The notes under the pieces were generated by a model that saw only the letters and a list, made by a program, of their open reading frames with translations, made no database searches and was not told the origin of the DNA. This document shows, one piece after another, positions 15,056 through 26,877 of a stretch of 64,000 bases of DNA (the first letter of the stretch is position 1; each line of letters begins with the position of its first letter). The DNA is from Octopus vulgaris (lineage: Eukaryota). Location: the NCBI GenBank assembly GCA_951406725.2, contig OX597814.1, positions 47,740,001 through 47,804,000 on the forward strand, in the 5' to 3' direction. Made by a program: the position numbers and the translations under genes.

Positions 15056-15671
15056 AGCAATAATAATTCTCTAAAAGAGATATAGACAGTAACTGCTCGA
15101 TAACATAAGGGACTAAAGCCATCTGAATATGGCTAGGGACAGGGCAGGGTGGTGGGGGTGTTACTGTTGCATTTAGCCCCAGGCGAACATCGACGTCACC
15201 AGAAAGGCTCGACACCGTCACGGTGTCCTTATCCTGCAAAGGGAGGTAATTCCCCGATGAAGCGGAAACCACACACGGACCATGGTTTCAAGGTGTATTG
15301 CCTATCGTCGGCGTGTGGTAGGCTTCCGCTTCCCCGACGAATTCTCACTCTGCAGGATATTCATATATAGATTTTCAAGCAAAATACATTTGCTGATTTC
15401 GAAAATCTGTTCGAAAGCAATAATAATTCTCTAAAAGAGATATAGACAGTAACTGCTCGATAACATAAGGGACTAAAGCCATCTGAATATGGCTAGGGAC
15501 AGGGCAGGGTGGTGGGGGTGTTTACCTCCCTTTGCAGGATAAGGACACCGTGACGGTGTCGAGCCTTTCTGGTGACGTCGATGTTCGCCTGGGGCTAAAT
15601 GCAACAGTAACACCCCCACCACCCTGCCCTGTCCCTAGCCATATTCAGATGGCTTTAGTCCCTTATGTTAT
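15056..15671 (-). mobile_element. Candidate retrozyme / Penelope-mobilised non-autonomous element: 360-bp unit, partial tandem copy and inverted copy
   Basis: 15056-15162 recurs exactly at 15416-15522 (period 360); 15522-15671 is the reverse complement of 15100-15249; (TA)n at both ends; contains a hammerhead fold. Confidence 0.75.
15259..15332 (-). ncRNA. Type I hammerhead ribozyme motif (U4C core variant)
   Basis: Minus strand: GAAGCGGAAGCC-UAC-CACACG / CCGACGA / UAGG-CAAUACA-CCUU / GAAA / CCAUGG / UC / CGUGUG-U-GGUUUCCGCUUC; predicted GUC cut between 15278 and 15277. Confidence 0.75.
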
Positions 15672-16056
15672 ATATATATATATATATATAGGTGTGTATG
15701 TATGGGTATGTATCTATGTATGCGTTTAAGCATTTTGTCCGATGTGTGTGTGTGTGTAAATGATAACACAAATTGGCTGAGATGCATCACAGCTGTTTCA
15801 GTCATTTTCTTTATTGAGCAACAAAACAATTACATCATGTAAAAAAAAAAACCTTCTCTTCAGGTGAATAAAGAGTAAAATTTAGCATTTAGGATTTTTC
15901 ACAAAATTTGTACAAAATGCGTATTGACCTTCTCATCTCGGTCCCCGACTCTACTTTGCTGCGTTTGTTATTTAAAGACTTTGATTCCATCGGATCCTGA
16001 ATTTGTTTTTATTTATATGTATTTACATACATACATATGTACATAAATACATAGAT

Positions 16057-16136
<80 letters not shown>

Positions 16137-16326
16137 GCACACACATATATATCCCTTTTTTTTCTGACTCCCAAAATATTCTTCCTAATACTTGATAAGA
16201 TGGTTACATCAAAACTGGTTATATTTTATTAAACATTATCTAAAGTATACTTCTGTGACTTTTCGAAACTTTATTTACCTTTTTAACTAAAATTCTTTAT
16301 TTGATGGACTCTTAACCACTTTTCAA

Positions 16327-16389
<63 letters not shown>

Positions 16390-16417
16390 GTGTGTGTGTA
16401 CATATATATATATATTG

Positions 16418-17010
16418 AGGATCCTTGTTAACATAAAGCTGAAGATCAGTGAAAAAGAGAACACCTATGCTGAACTATTGAGAAATCTGCAGTTAGTCTA
16501 TCCAGATTACAAATTCAGGTTTATACCTGTAACTATTGGGGCCCTGGGATATGTAACACACTGCTTAAATGTCAATCTTGAAAAATAAGGATTCTCAAAA
16601 CCAGAAAGGAGAAAGCTAATCCGAAGACTACAGATCCAATCCATCACTGGAACTATAAAAATCTGTGAAACTTTCCAGATGTTAATCATTTAAATATATA
16701 TATGAACATGTCTAGATCTGAAACTATATGCATGAGAATACATACATAAAACATACAAATCTGCACATACATACATGCATGCATACATACATACATAAAT
16801 ACATACATACATACATACATACATACATACATACATACATACATACATACATACATACATACATACATACATACATACATACATACATACAAGCAAACAA
16901 AAATACCCTGTTGTTGATGTTGAAATTCGAATGAAAGAGCCTTGGATCTAGGTTAGAAACCGGTTCTTTCTCTATTGTCAAGAAATCTTGAAATAAACTG
17001 AATAATGATA
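16418..17010 (+). mobile_element. 3' fragment of an RLE-type (R4-like) non-LTR retrotransposon with internal (TACA)n
   Basis: NIKLKISEKENTYAELLRNLQ...FIPVTIGALG...QSITGTIKIC is a restriction-like endonuclease C-terminus; its 3' UTR (about 16900-17010) recurs inverted at 62070-62185. Confidence 0.8.
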
Positions 17011-17073
17011 TATACATACATTCAATTATGAGCATATACATCTTTAATAGATATGTATGGATATGTATGTATA

Positions 17074-17462
17074 TACTCTTTTACTCTTTTACTTGTTTCA
17101 GTCATTTGACGGCGGCCATGCTGGAGCACCGCCTTTAATCGAGCAACTCGACCCCGGGACTTATTCTTTTGTAAGCCCAGTACTTATTTTATCAGTCTCT
17201 TTTGCCGAACCGCTAAGTTGTGGGGACATAAACACACCAGCATCGGTTGTCAAGCAATGCTAGGGGGACAAATACAGACACACAAACACACACACGCATA
17301 TATATATACATATATACGACGGTTTTTTTTCAGTTTCCGTCTACCAAATCCACTCACAAGGCTTTGGTCGGCCCGAGGCTATAGTAGAAGACACTTGCCC
17401 AAGGTGCCACGCAGTGGGACTGAACCCGGAACCATGTGGTTGGTAAACAAGCTACTTACCAC
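17074..17462 (-). mobile_element. SINE family A, slightly 5'-truncated
   Basis: Reverse complement of the family A sequence. Confidence 0.92.
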
Positions 17463-17864
17463 TACGTGTTGTAGTGTGTGTGTATGTGTAAATATATATA
17501 TATATAGAGAGAGAGAGGGGGGGTTATTTTAAGCCAATATTCTTGCTGATGAAGCTGTCCCTATGTTAGAGGTGGGGACGCTTAAGCCATTTCTTAACGG
17601 AGTCCCTTATCTGTTCATAAGAACGAAATCGTTTTATTTTATCGGAAAACCCCAACGCTAATGTTAACTGCCTGTTAGAAAGGAATAAATATCAGCAATA
17701 TATTTGCTGTATTTAACGTCGCTACACACCAAAAGACCACCCAAGTAGCAGCATTCCTTCTGTCCAGTTTACAGTTGAGTGCAGTCAAGAAATAAGAAGA
17801 TATTGCAAACAAGCCGCAAAGTGAAAAATATATTAATGTCTGTGGATATATTTACGTTTGTTGA

Positions 17865-18090
17865 TGTTGTTATTTAGCCCCAAGTCAGCTCTGATTAAGC
17901 AGACCTCTGACGAAAAACGACCTAGTCAAGAGTATTCCGTCTATTTTTTTCTTCACCACACATAGCGTGTCCAGGATTATATTACTCAGTGTGTCCTTCC
18001 TATTTTTAAGGCAGTAAAGTGTACATAAGATTAATTTGGTTGTTGTTTCCAGCAGGTCGAGTAACTATTTAGAAGCGACATCATTGGTTA
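17865..18090 (-). mobile_element. Dispersed repeat family C (about 220 bp, (CAA)n-like tail)
   Basis: Related segments near 48065-49035 (split), 51290-51478, 52105-52220, 57745-58345 (split), 58676-58850, 60540-60630, 60700-60830. Confidence 0.6.
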
Positions 18091-19064
18091 TTCATATGCT
18101 ATTAGTAAAGTTGTTCAATGTAATAACTATCAAAGATTTAATTAGAAATATTTACGAGGCGAGGAAAAGACATTATCTCAATAACTAATATTATATCAAT
18201 AATTTCGTTAGAAATGGGAGACAATCCCGAGAAAATTTCAGTCTTATTAGGCCTTCTTAGTGAATAATAGACCTTTCTATATATGCAGAAATAGTGATGG
18301 AAGAATCTCTGAGTCGGTGTATAATATTGTCTGAAAAAGAATGTACAATAGGTGTGAAAAATTAGACTCTCGCTGCCTGTTGTTATTTAATAATATTATA
18401 TGATGAGAAATACTCTGGAAGCGATTACTAATATTTATTTATTTATTTATTTATTTATTTACTTATTTATTTATTTCGGCATGTGTAGGGGATAACTGCA
18501 TCGATGTTTCAGTTTTATGCTCACTATATTATTTATGTTAATTTTACCTTAACTATTGCTTTGCCTGCGGATATATGAAGTCTTCGTGTAATTAGCTCTA
18601 AATGGTATATCTTTTTTCTTTTATATGATTGTAAATTGACTACGCACACACGAGTTTATTTTGAATTTGTTTTAAATCTTGAGTTTATACTTAAATGTGC
18701 ATGTATAGAAAAGAATAATATGACTAGGAGAATGAGAACGAGAGAGAGAGAGAGAGACAGACAGACAGAGTGTGAGAGAGAGACAGACAGACAGAGTGTG
18801 TGTGAGAGAGAGAGAGAGATGGGGAAGGGATTGCGAGAGAGAAAGAGAGTAAAACTGAGAGAGTAAAATTAATAATATCAAAAATAATGGTTTCACAATG
18901 AAATAACGGCTGTACAATACGCGACTGTACAATCTCTCTTTAACACGTAGACTTCAGACTTCACCTGAAGATACAATCGCAGTTGCTTAACTGTATAACT
19001 GCTATTATATTTTTGTAGTTTATTTGCCTTTCTAATGATTATTATTCTAATTGCTCCTCGCACA

Positions 19065-19385
19065 AAAGTCGTCTTCTCCTTTCATCCTTTTGGAGTCGAT
19101 AAAATAAATACCAGTTGAGCATTGGAGTTGATGTAACCGACTCGCACTCCTCTCCACATAATTTCAGACCTTGTGCCTATAAGTAGAAAGAATTAATAAT
19201 CTTACTAAGGCAATTTGCTGACAGAATTATTACAGCATTGGACAAAATGTCCAGCAGCATATCCTTACGTTCTGAGTTCATATCCCGCCGTGGTCAGCTT
19301 TACTTTTCATCTTTTCAGGATCGATAAAGTAAAGTAACCGACAAGCACTGGTTCTGCTCCTTAAAATTGCTGGCCTTGTGAAAAA
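19065..19385 (+). mobile_element. Two decayed SINE family B copies
   Basis: TTTCATCCTTTTGGAGTCGATAAAAT and GTTCTGAGTTCA motifs. Confidence 0.7.
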
Positions 19386-19399
19386 ATTATTAATCTTAT

Positions 19400-19885
19400 T
19401 TAAGGTTTCTTTTGCTTATTAGCCCCCTCAACCTGCTTCCTCCAACTGTGGCGATGACAGGCATTGCACTCACAGTCAGTCTCCTGCATATCACAGGCCC
19501 TTAATGAGGACTTGACACATTCCTTAAATCGGAGCCTTGGTTTCTGCCAGGGTCTCTTTCCTTTCACAAGTTCCCCATATAGCATCTGCTTAGGGATCCT
19601 GCTATCCTTCATCCTGATAAGGTGTCCAGTCCAACGTAACCAGTGCTTGTGCGCTATCACCTCAATATTCAAGATATCAGCTGTCTTCAGGACCTGTGTG
19701 TCAAGAGTTTTTAAGATCCAGCCAACATTCAGAATAAGTCTGAGGTATCTCTGATGAAAGCGTTCAAAGACCCTTACATGAAGTTCGTAACGGGTCCATG
19801 TCTCTCATGTGTAAAGGAACGATGTCAGTACACATGCACGGTACACAGCAATTTTTGTTTGCTTTGTGATGTCATGCTGGGACCA
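19400..19885 (-). pseudogene. RTE-clade LINE ORF 3' fragment
   Basis: TKIAVYRACV...ETWT...ERFHQRYLRLILNV...LRWTGHLIRMKDSRIPKQMLYGELVKGKRP...LRFKECVK. Confidence 0.88.
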
Positions 19886-20056
19886 GACACGAGACTGAAG
19901 AGACCGGAAGGAATCAGTTGCTCTCTGCAGCCTGAAAGATATTTCATCATCCAGAGAGCAAGAACGGCTGAATGTGCTGCACTAATAAGTTCATGAAGGG
20001 ACTGTATGATGTAATCACAACCAAATTGTATATATATATTTGTGATAAACAGGCAT

Positions 20057-20107
<51 letters not shown>

Positions 20108-20136
20108 ATACACAGGCATACACACACGTACACACA

Positions 20137-20184
<48 letters not shown>

Positions 20185-20214
20185 CATACATACATACATA
20201 CATACATACATACA

Positions 20215-20250
<36 letters not shown>

Positions 20251-21134
20251 TATATGAGAAGATGAGAAGGAGAAAGAGAAGAGAGAGAAAGGTGGAAGAG
20301 AAATAAAGAGGAGAACTGTATTTAAAAAAAAACTGGATAAACTTCTCCAGATTTTGTAGCATAGAGAGCTTTGGTGAGTTTGATACATTTAATAGTCTCT
20401 TTGGAACACAGGGTCTAGTTTCCTAATTTTCTTTCCAGACATTTCTTGACAGTAGCAACTTTTTGCAAAGGCCCAAAACTGACAGACTAAGGTATATCAT
20501 ATTTTAAGATTTACTGGCTTCTTTACACAAATATATCTCATTAACGCACTTCAAGCAAATTGAAAGAAAATTTTTTCATAGGAAGCGCGAAGCATAACTT
20601 TGTATATAATTTAAGTGTATGAGCTGCCCTACTCTAAGGATTTCACTGAATGTTTCAAATGGTGTTCCTTGTACAAAATCACTAGCCTGTGCAAATCATT
20701 TTTTTAAAAAAGCATTTAAAAAATTCAGTTGGTGTTTTGCAGACAGAGATTGTTGCTAGTCTCCTTTAATTCTTGTATTTTATTTTATCTTATAAGTCAT
20801 AAAATGCTTTCAAATTTGTAATAGCAATAATCCTTTGTTAAATTCACTCAAGCCATACATTTATGTGTTAGTTGCTCGTCTTTTAACGGATAAAAACACA
20901 TGCAAGTGACAGAATTAGTAAAGTGCCGAATAAATAAAATACATTACACAATAAAATTATATTCTTTATAGAGTGTATTAAAATACCACTGCCGTAACAC
21001 AAAATTACAAATATACTACTGTTCCGAAAAACCTCCAGCAATCCCTGGACTGAGTGATTGTGAGGGAGTGCATTATCAGTTCAGGATATACAATACAGAT
21101 ATGGGAATGTGTTGCGCCTCAGTTAGAAACTCGT

Positions 21135-21271
21135 ACATCTTGAGCTCAAATTCCGACTTTGCTTTTCATTCTTTTAGAGTTGATGAAATAAGTAACAGTT
21201 AAGCACTTGGTTAAATGTAATCGACTTACTCCCACTCCAACGTTGCAGGCCTTGTACCTGTAGTAGAAAGG

Positions 21272-21333
<62 letters not shown>

Positions 21334-21535
21334 AGCTAGCAGAATCGTTAGCACGCCGGGTGAAATGCTTAGCGGTGTTTCGTTCGTCTTTACGTTCTTA
21401 CTTCAAATTCCGCCGAGGTCGACTTTGCATTTCATCCTTTCGGGGTCGATAAATTAAGTACCAGTGAAACACTGGAGTCGATATAATCGAGTAGTTCCCT
21501 CCCCACAAATTTCAGGCCTTGTGCCTTTAGTAGAA

Positions 21536-21537
<2 letters not shown>
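21135..21537 (+). mobile_element. Two SINE family B copies separated and followed by (ATT)n
   Basis: Family B body and the GGCCTTGTGCC..AGTAGAAA tail. Confidence 0.82.
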
Positions 21538-21578
<41 letters not shown>

Positions 21579-21583
<5 letters not shown>

Positions 21584-21900
21584 CCCGCCTTAGCGAAGGC
21601 GGAGGTATTGTTTTCAGTCATGCTTGTTTGTTTGCCTTGATAACTCAAGAACCGCTGGGTGGATTCGGATGAAACTTTCAGAGATGTTTGGCCTTGGGTC
21701 TGGCACAAACTGATTATATTTTGGGATCGATCCAGTACCAGACAAGGATTCTAGATTATTTTCCCTGTTTTTTTACTTCATTTTTGAAAGCGGTCGGGTT
21801 CATTTTTAGTATTCTCGTTTATAAGAGCAGTCGAGTTTATTTAATATATTCTCATTTTTAAAATCATCATTGGCTAATCGTTGAGAGGACGTTAGTATTG
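21579..21900 (+). mobile_element. Non-autonomous DNA element, possibly Helentron-associated (HINE/DINE-like)
   Basis: Starts TTACCCCCGCCTTAGCGAAGGCGGAGGTA (terminal hairpin), then (GTTT)n and GATAACTCAAG...GGATTCGGATGAAACTT. Confidence 0.5.
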
Positions 21901-23460
21901 TGTCGAGTCATTTGACTCTCTGTTGCATTTGATGTGTGCTCGCTCCATGTGAGTCATGTTATTGTTGACGGTCTACCCCACCTAATTGTTATATTACTAA
22001 ACTATTGAATTTATTGTTACCTGAATTTTAATTTTTATTCCCCATTTATGGGTGAAGTTGTGGATAATATCGTTATGGAATGTCAACCAGTTCCAGCAGG
22101 CAGTTACGCTGCAGGGACTGGGAAAAGTCTAACGGCGGATGTCTTGAAAGTTAGAGAAATTGAACTGGAAGAAACAAATTTCAAGAAGTACAATGAACTA
22201 TTAAGAAAGGAAGGAGACAGTCTGAGGCTGACGCCGCCTAAGAAAGTTATTGAAAAAACAGAGAGAAGGACAATAATATACAAAACGCTGTCTATTGTAA
22301 TAAAAAGGGTTGAAATAGCTGCAGTAGAAGCAGTGAAAGAATGCTTGAGAGAAGTCAAATATATAACGACGTACTACACCAAGGGAAAGAAATACGGCAC
22401 AGTGGAGGTACGCTTCGCGAGTGGACAAGAAGCGATAAAACACTCTACTGTACCTTTGAGATCAACTGAGTGAGTACTACTACCAACCTACTGTGGCAAC
22501 CGTACGGCCATAGTGAGGATTGCTAGAGTGCCCCCAGAAATTGACGAGGCGTGGCTGGTGGCAGCCATCCTCTATAATGCAGAAGAGGACACCAAAATGC
22601 TGAACAAGAACTACGGAGGTAAGCTGATGGGGGTACGGCCTTGAGGTGTGGGTTCACATCAGTTTACCAGACCTCCACAAAATTGCAGAGGAATCAGTGT
22701 TGCCGGACGAGACGAAGCTGAGAGTTGTAGTGGAAGGAAGACCTCTCGTATGCTATCAATGTGGAGTACGGGGACACATCAAAGCTAAGTGTCTCCAGAA
22801 ACACGAAGAGAAGGTGACGGAGATGGAATAGCAAGAAGGGGTAGATGTGCAAGGCATAGTAGAGCAGAGGCCAGTGGAAAATATGGATGAAGATATATAG
22901 TGGTGAAGATGAAGAAAAGACAAGAAAACGCAGATTCACCACCAAAGAGTCCCATGAAAAAAGAAAAGGAAGTGTAGAGGAGAGACAAGGGTTACCAAAA
23001 GGAGGAAAAGTGAACGAGCAGAAAAGAAACGAGATGTCAGCAAAATTAAGCGAGAAAGACGAAGAGAGAAAACAGAGAGCAATACCAGCAATTAGCACGG
23101 AGGGGAAAGTAAAAGGACAGGGGAAAAAGGAGGATAGAAGAGAAATGACAACAATATCGAGCGAGTGACAAGCAGAGAAGGAAGAGATGGAAACATCAGC
23201 AATAGCAGAAGAGATTAGTGATGGAAATCAGAAACACTGAAAGGAAAACAAGTAAGAACTATGATACAGTACAGAAAAATGTAGAAATAGAAGAAAAGAT
23301 CATGAAAAACGTAATTAGGGTGAAGTTAGCGCCTAAACCGTACTATGAAGGATTTAAAGCAGTCTTGCTTGTAAAAGAGAAAGGTGAAAAATTGAAAGAA
23401 TAATTCAGGGAAATGATAGAGATATCACCGTTACAGTTTCTATTCAATGAATTGCCACCG
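21901..23460 (+). pseudogene. L1/Tx1-type ORF1 (gag-like, CCHC zinc knuckle), disrupted
   Basis: ATG at 22048, stop at 22473, frameshifted continuation to RVVVEGRPLVCYQCGVRGHIKAKC (CX2CX4HX4C) and a K/E-rich tail. Confidence 0.75.
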
Positions 23461-24110
23461 GTGGTGGTGGTTTTGTAGGAGATTTAAAATTGGATCACGC
23501 CTCGACCTCCTCTAGCTCTGGGTAGGGAAAGACGATCTGCGTCTGCCTTTGGGTGGTGCATCGTATTGCAAGTCAGCAACTTACGGATGTTCCAGTCAAT
23601 CTTCCTTATTTCGCTCATAATCCAGTTCAACGCACTGAAACTGTAAATAACAACCGGAACTGATTAGGAATTTATTGCTAACACCTTGTTACGGATTTTA
23701 GGACTGCTCGAACTCTCCTGTAAGACTTCTTCCCGATCTTCTCTTTCGTACTTGCAAGTTGAATGCCAGAGCCCTAATTTATTCCGAGGTATTTGTAAGT
23801 TTGTTCCTGCTCGAGTTCCTGCTCAAATTCTTTTCTGACTGTGTCAACATCCAACACCACTGAATGTGAGGTCTTCATTTTTCCTTTCTGGAAAGTAATC
23901 TTGGCACATTTACTAAGACCAAATTCCACCCCAGTGTCATCACTGAATGCTTTCACAGTACGTAGTAGTCCTTCAAGCTTATTATCGTCTTTGCCATAGA
24001 ATTTTAAGTCATCTATATAAAACAGATGGCTTATTTTCTTGCCGCCAATTTTATACTCATACCCTGTTTTGTTAAGTTCACTTGCAAGGGGTATTAGCGC
24101 TATGCAGAAA
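23460..24110 (-). pseudogene. R4/Dong-type reverse transcriptase fragment
   Basis: SHLFYIDDLKFY, FGLSKCA, YKYLG, HHPKADADRLSLPRARGGRG; 5' side abuts (AAT)n. Confidence 0.9.
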
Positions 24111-24192
24111 ATTATTATTATTATTATTATTATTATTATCATTATTATTATTATTGTTGTTGTTGTTGTTGTTGTTGTTATTATTATTATTG

Positions 24193-24380
24193 AAGGCAGC
24201 GAGCTGGCAGAATGGTTAGCGCATCTGACAAAATGTTTAACAGTATTTTTTCTAGTCCAAATTCCACCGAGGTCGACAGCGCTTTTCTCTTTTCGGTGTC
24301 GATATAATAGGTACCAGTCAAGCACTAAGTTCGATATAATAGTTCTATCTCCTAAAATTTCAGGGGCTGTACCAATATAA
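24193..24380 (+). mobile_element. SINE family B, diverged
   Basis: GGCAGCGAGCTGGCAGAATGGTTAGC head; CCGAGGTCGAC. Confidence 0.75.
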
Positions 24381-24914
24381 AAAAATATGATTTTATTTCA
24401 GTATTTTTATGCCAATGGCATGCACGTACAACTTCACGTTCTTTAGCTGTGGGCCTTGAACAGTGTCTGTGTAATGCATCAGTTTGCTCTCTTGTGAGAT
24501 TTGGTTTGTTGCTTCTGATGTTATTGTGATGTTTCCTCTGTTGCGTTTCCGTGCAATTAATGTTATGTGATTTTTAGAGTCAGTTGTAGCTTAGTAAGAG
24601 TATGTATTGTGTTATTTTTATTAGAAAGTAATTTTGTTAAACATGTGTATAGCGACATTATTCGGTGGTGATTCCGAACTCTATGTGTTGTCTGATATGT
24701 TTTAATTTATTTATTGTTCGTTACTTGCAGAGAGTGCACTGTTTCAATAGTGCTATTGACCTGAAAATGTCTTGCGCAGGTCGCGAACCGTGTCTAACTG
24801 GGTTATCTTTTTTCTGGACAGCGTATAATATTATGAGCTTCCCTAGGGTTTATATGTTCCTAATTTCTTTATCATCCTAACAGCTCCAATTATTATTGAT
24901 ATCGTTTTTATTAC

Positions 24915-25013
24915 TATGCCTCCATGCTGCTTATTTCAAGTTTAAGATGCTTGTATAGTTGTAATTTGAGGTTTTCCACCACACTTCGGGCAATGCTTTG
25001 GTCAGAAATTACG

Positions 25014-25061
<48 letters not shown>

Positions 25062-25200
25062 TTTATTATTCTATGTTTGACTTTTGCTTTACATTTGCAC
25101 AAGCTGGCTCCAAGTCTCACCCAGAGACCTCAAGAGACAACAAGTTGGAAGTTTGTGTTGGTGTTATGCCTAGGGTGCCATATATTTGGTTTTGTTGCTT
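24915..25200 (-). mobile_element. Small RLE-LINE pieces either side of (AAT)n
   Basis: ISDQSIA...LYKHLKLEISSM endonuclease-like piece (24915-25010) and a putative 3' UTR (25070-25200) ending in the tract. Confidence 0.5.
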
Positions 25201-25401
25201 GGTAGAATCATTAGAATGTCGGAGAAAATGTCTTGCACTATTTGTTCCGGCCCTTTACGTTTCGCGTATAATTTCTGCTGCAATCAACTTTGTTTTCCAT
25301 CCTTTAGAGTTCGGTAAAATAGAGTACCAGTCAAATATTTGGGTCGATGATATCAGGAGACCCCCACTCCTAAAAGCTGCTAACCTTGTGCCTAAATCAG
25401 A

Positions 25402-25498
25402 AACCACCACCACCACCGCCGCTGTCAACACCTCTACATCCGCCACTGCCGCCGCCGCCACTACGACGACGACGACCACCACCACCACCACCACCACC

Positions 25499-25574
<76 letters not shown>
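25402..25574 (+). repeat. Compound (ACC)/(GCC)/(ACG)/(ACT)n trinucleotide repeat
   Basis: Read directly; explains the poly-T/P/L/V/S ORFs. Confidence 0.95.
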
Positions 25575-25575
<1 letters not shown>

Positions 25576-26877
25576 AAGCACCAGTATTAATATTAATCAC
25601 AAATAGTACTGGCAGTGGTAGTAGTAATAATTTTTGCGTTGTTTTTAGTGATAATAGCAGCAGCTGTAAATCCTACTCCAATACACATTAAGCGCATTAA
25701 TAAACAGCTCTTTATTTTTACGATATGTTAACGCGTATGTGTGTTAGTGTGCATAAAAGATTTTTGCATAGAAGAAATCATTTAAAACACACACTACTTG
25801 TATATTGTTCAATACAACTGTGTCCAAAAAGGGGAGATTATAAATATTAAGTAGAGGCTCGACAACTATAAATAGGGGAATATTTTAGTAGATAACGCTA
25901 TAAATCTACTCGTTTCATATAACAATTATATCGTGTTTATATAATAAAGATATCGACACGAAACAGAACAATGTGCGCACACATTCATTATATATATATA
26001 TACATAATAAAACTAATAGAATAATAATGATAAAAAAAGAAGAGCAGCAAATATATAAAGCAACTTCAAACAAATTTGATATTTCAAAATGAACAATGTG
26101 AACTCGTTAAAGACATTACAGATTACTGTCTGCTTCGTAGAAGTAGTCAATTCATTAACATGACAACAGTTACAGAAGCAGCCAAGTATTGAGTTGTTGT
26201 TGAGATTCTGTTAGATTAAAAACGAATACCGAATGAAATTTTGATGAACGACTAAATGGTTCTCAAAAGAATGATCAAATAAAACAATTTATTAACATGG
26301 ACGAGACTCCCGGTCGTCATCTTATCTATGTTTTTCTTGCAAATATTAATGCTTGGCAACAGTCGTGTCAGTTGTATAGTTGCATCAATCTTACAACTGA
26401 TGCAACTATGCAATTGAGAGAGCCTGCAAAAATCAGGATCATTACTCTTTTTCCTCTAACTTGTGAGAGAAAAAAAGAATCAAATAACACTGAAACGCAT
26501 GACAGAAAGCGCTACAGTACATGAAGTACAAAAGTATTAACAGCGATCGGATTTTATGCAAAAAAAGAAAAACATTTGTCAGTAACTACCAATAACTGAA
26601 AGTTTAATGTATCACAATGCTGTCTGATAAATTTTTTAAATAACAAGAATATATTCGATTTCGAAACCTAGCAAGACAAGTATACATGTCATACAGGCAA
26701 AGATAACGTCGACACCGTAATTAACCCATTTTTAATAAAACGTAGATCAATTGTGTAGATTTTTAAGTTATACCAGTCTCATACTGCAGATAACTCCAAT
26801 TAGTTATGAAACATATATGTTTATGGTATATACCTAGCCCAAAACTTCAAGATCACCAATATATATGTAGGATGTAT

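Noticed and set aside
15369-15410. Plus-strand hammerhead at CTGATTTCGAAA (and CCGATGAAGCGGAAAC at 15254)
   Set aside because: No stem II or incomplete core; the minus-strand fold is far better
17545-17600. CTGATGA followed by a stem-loop
   Set aside because: No GAAA, stem III or stem I partner
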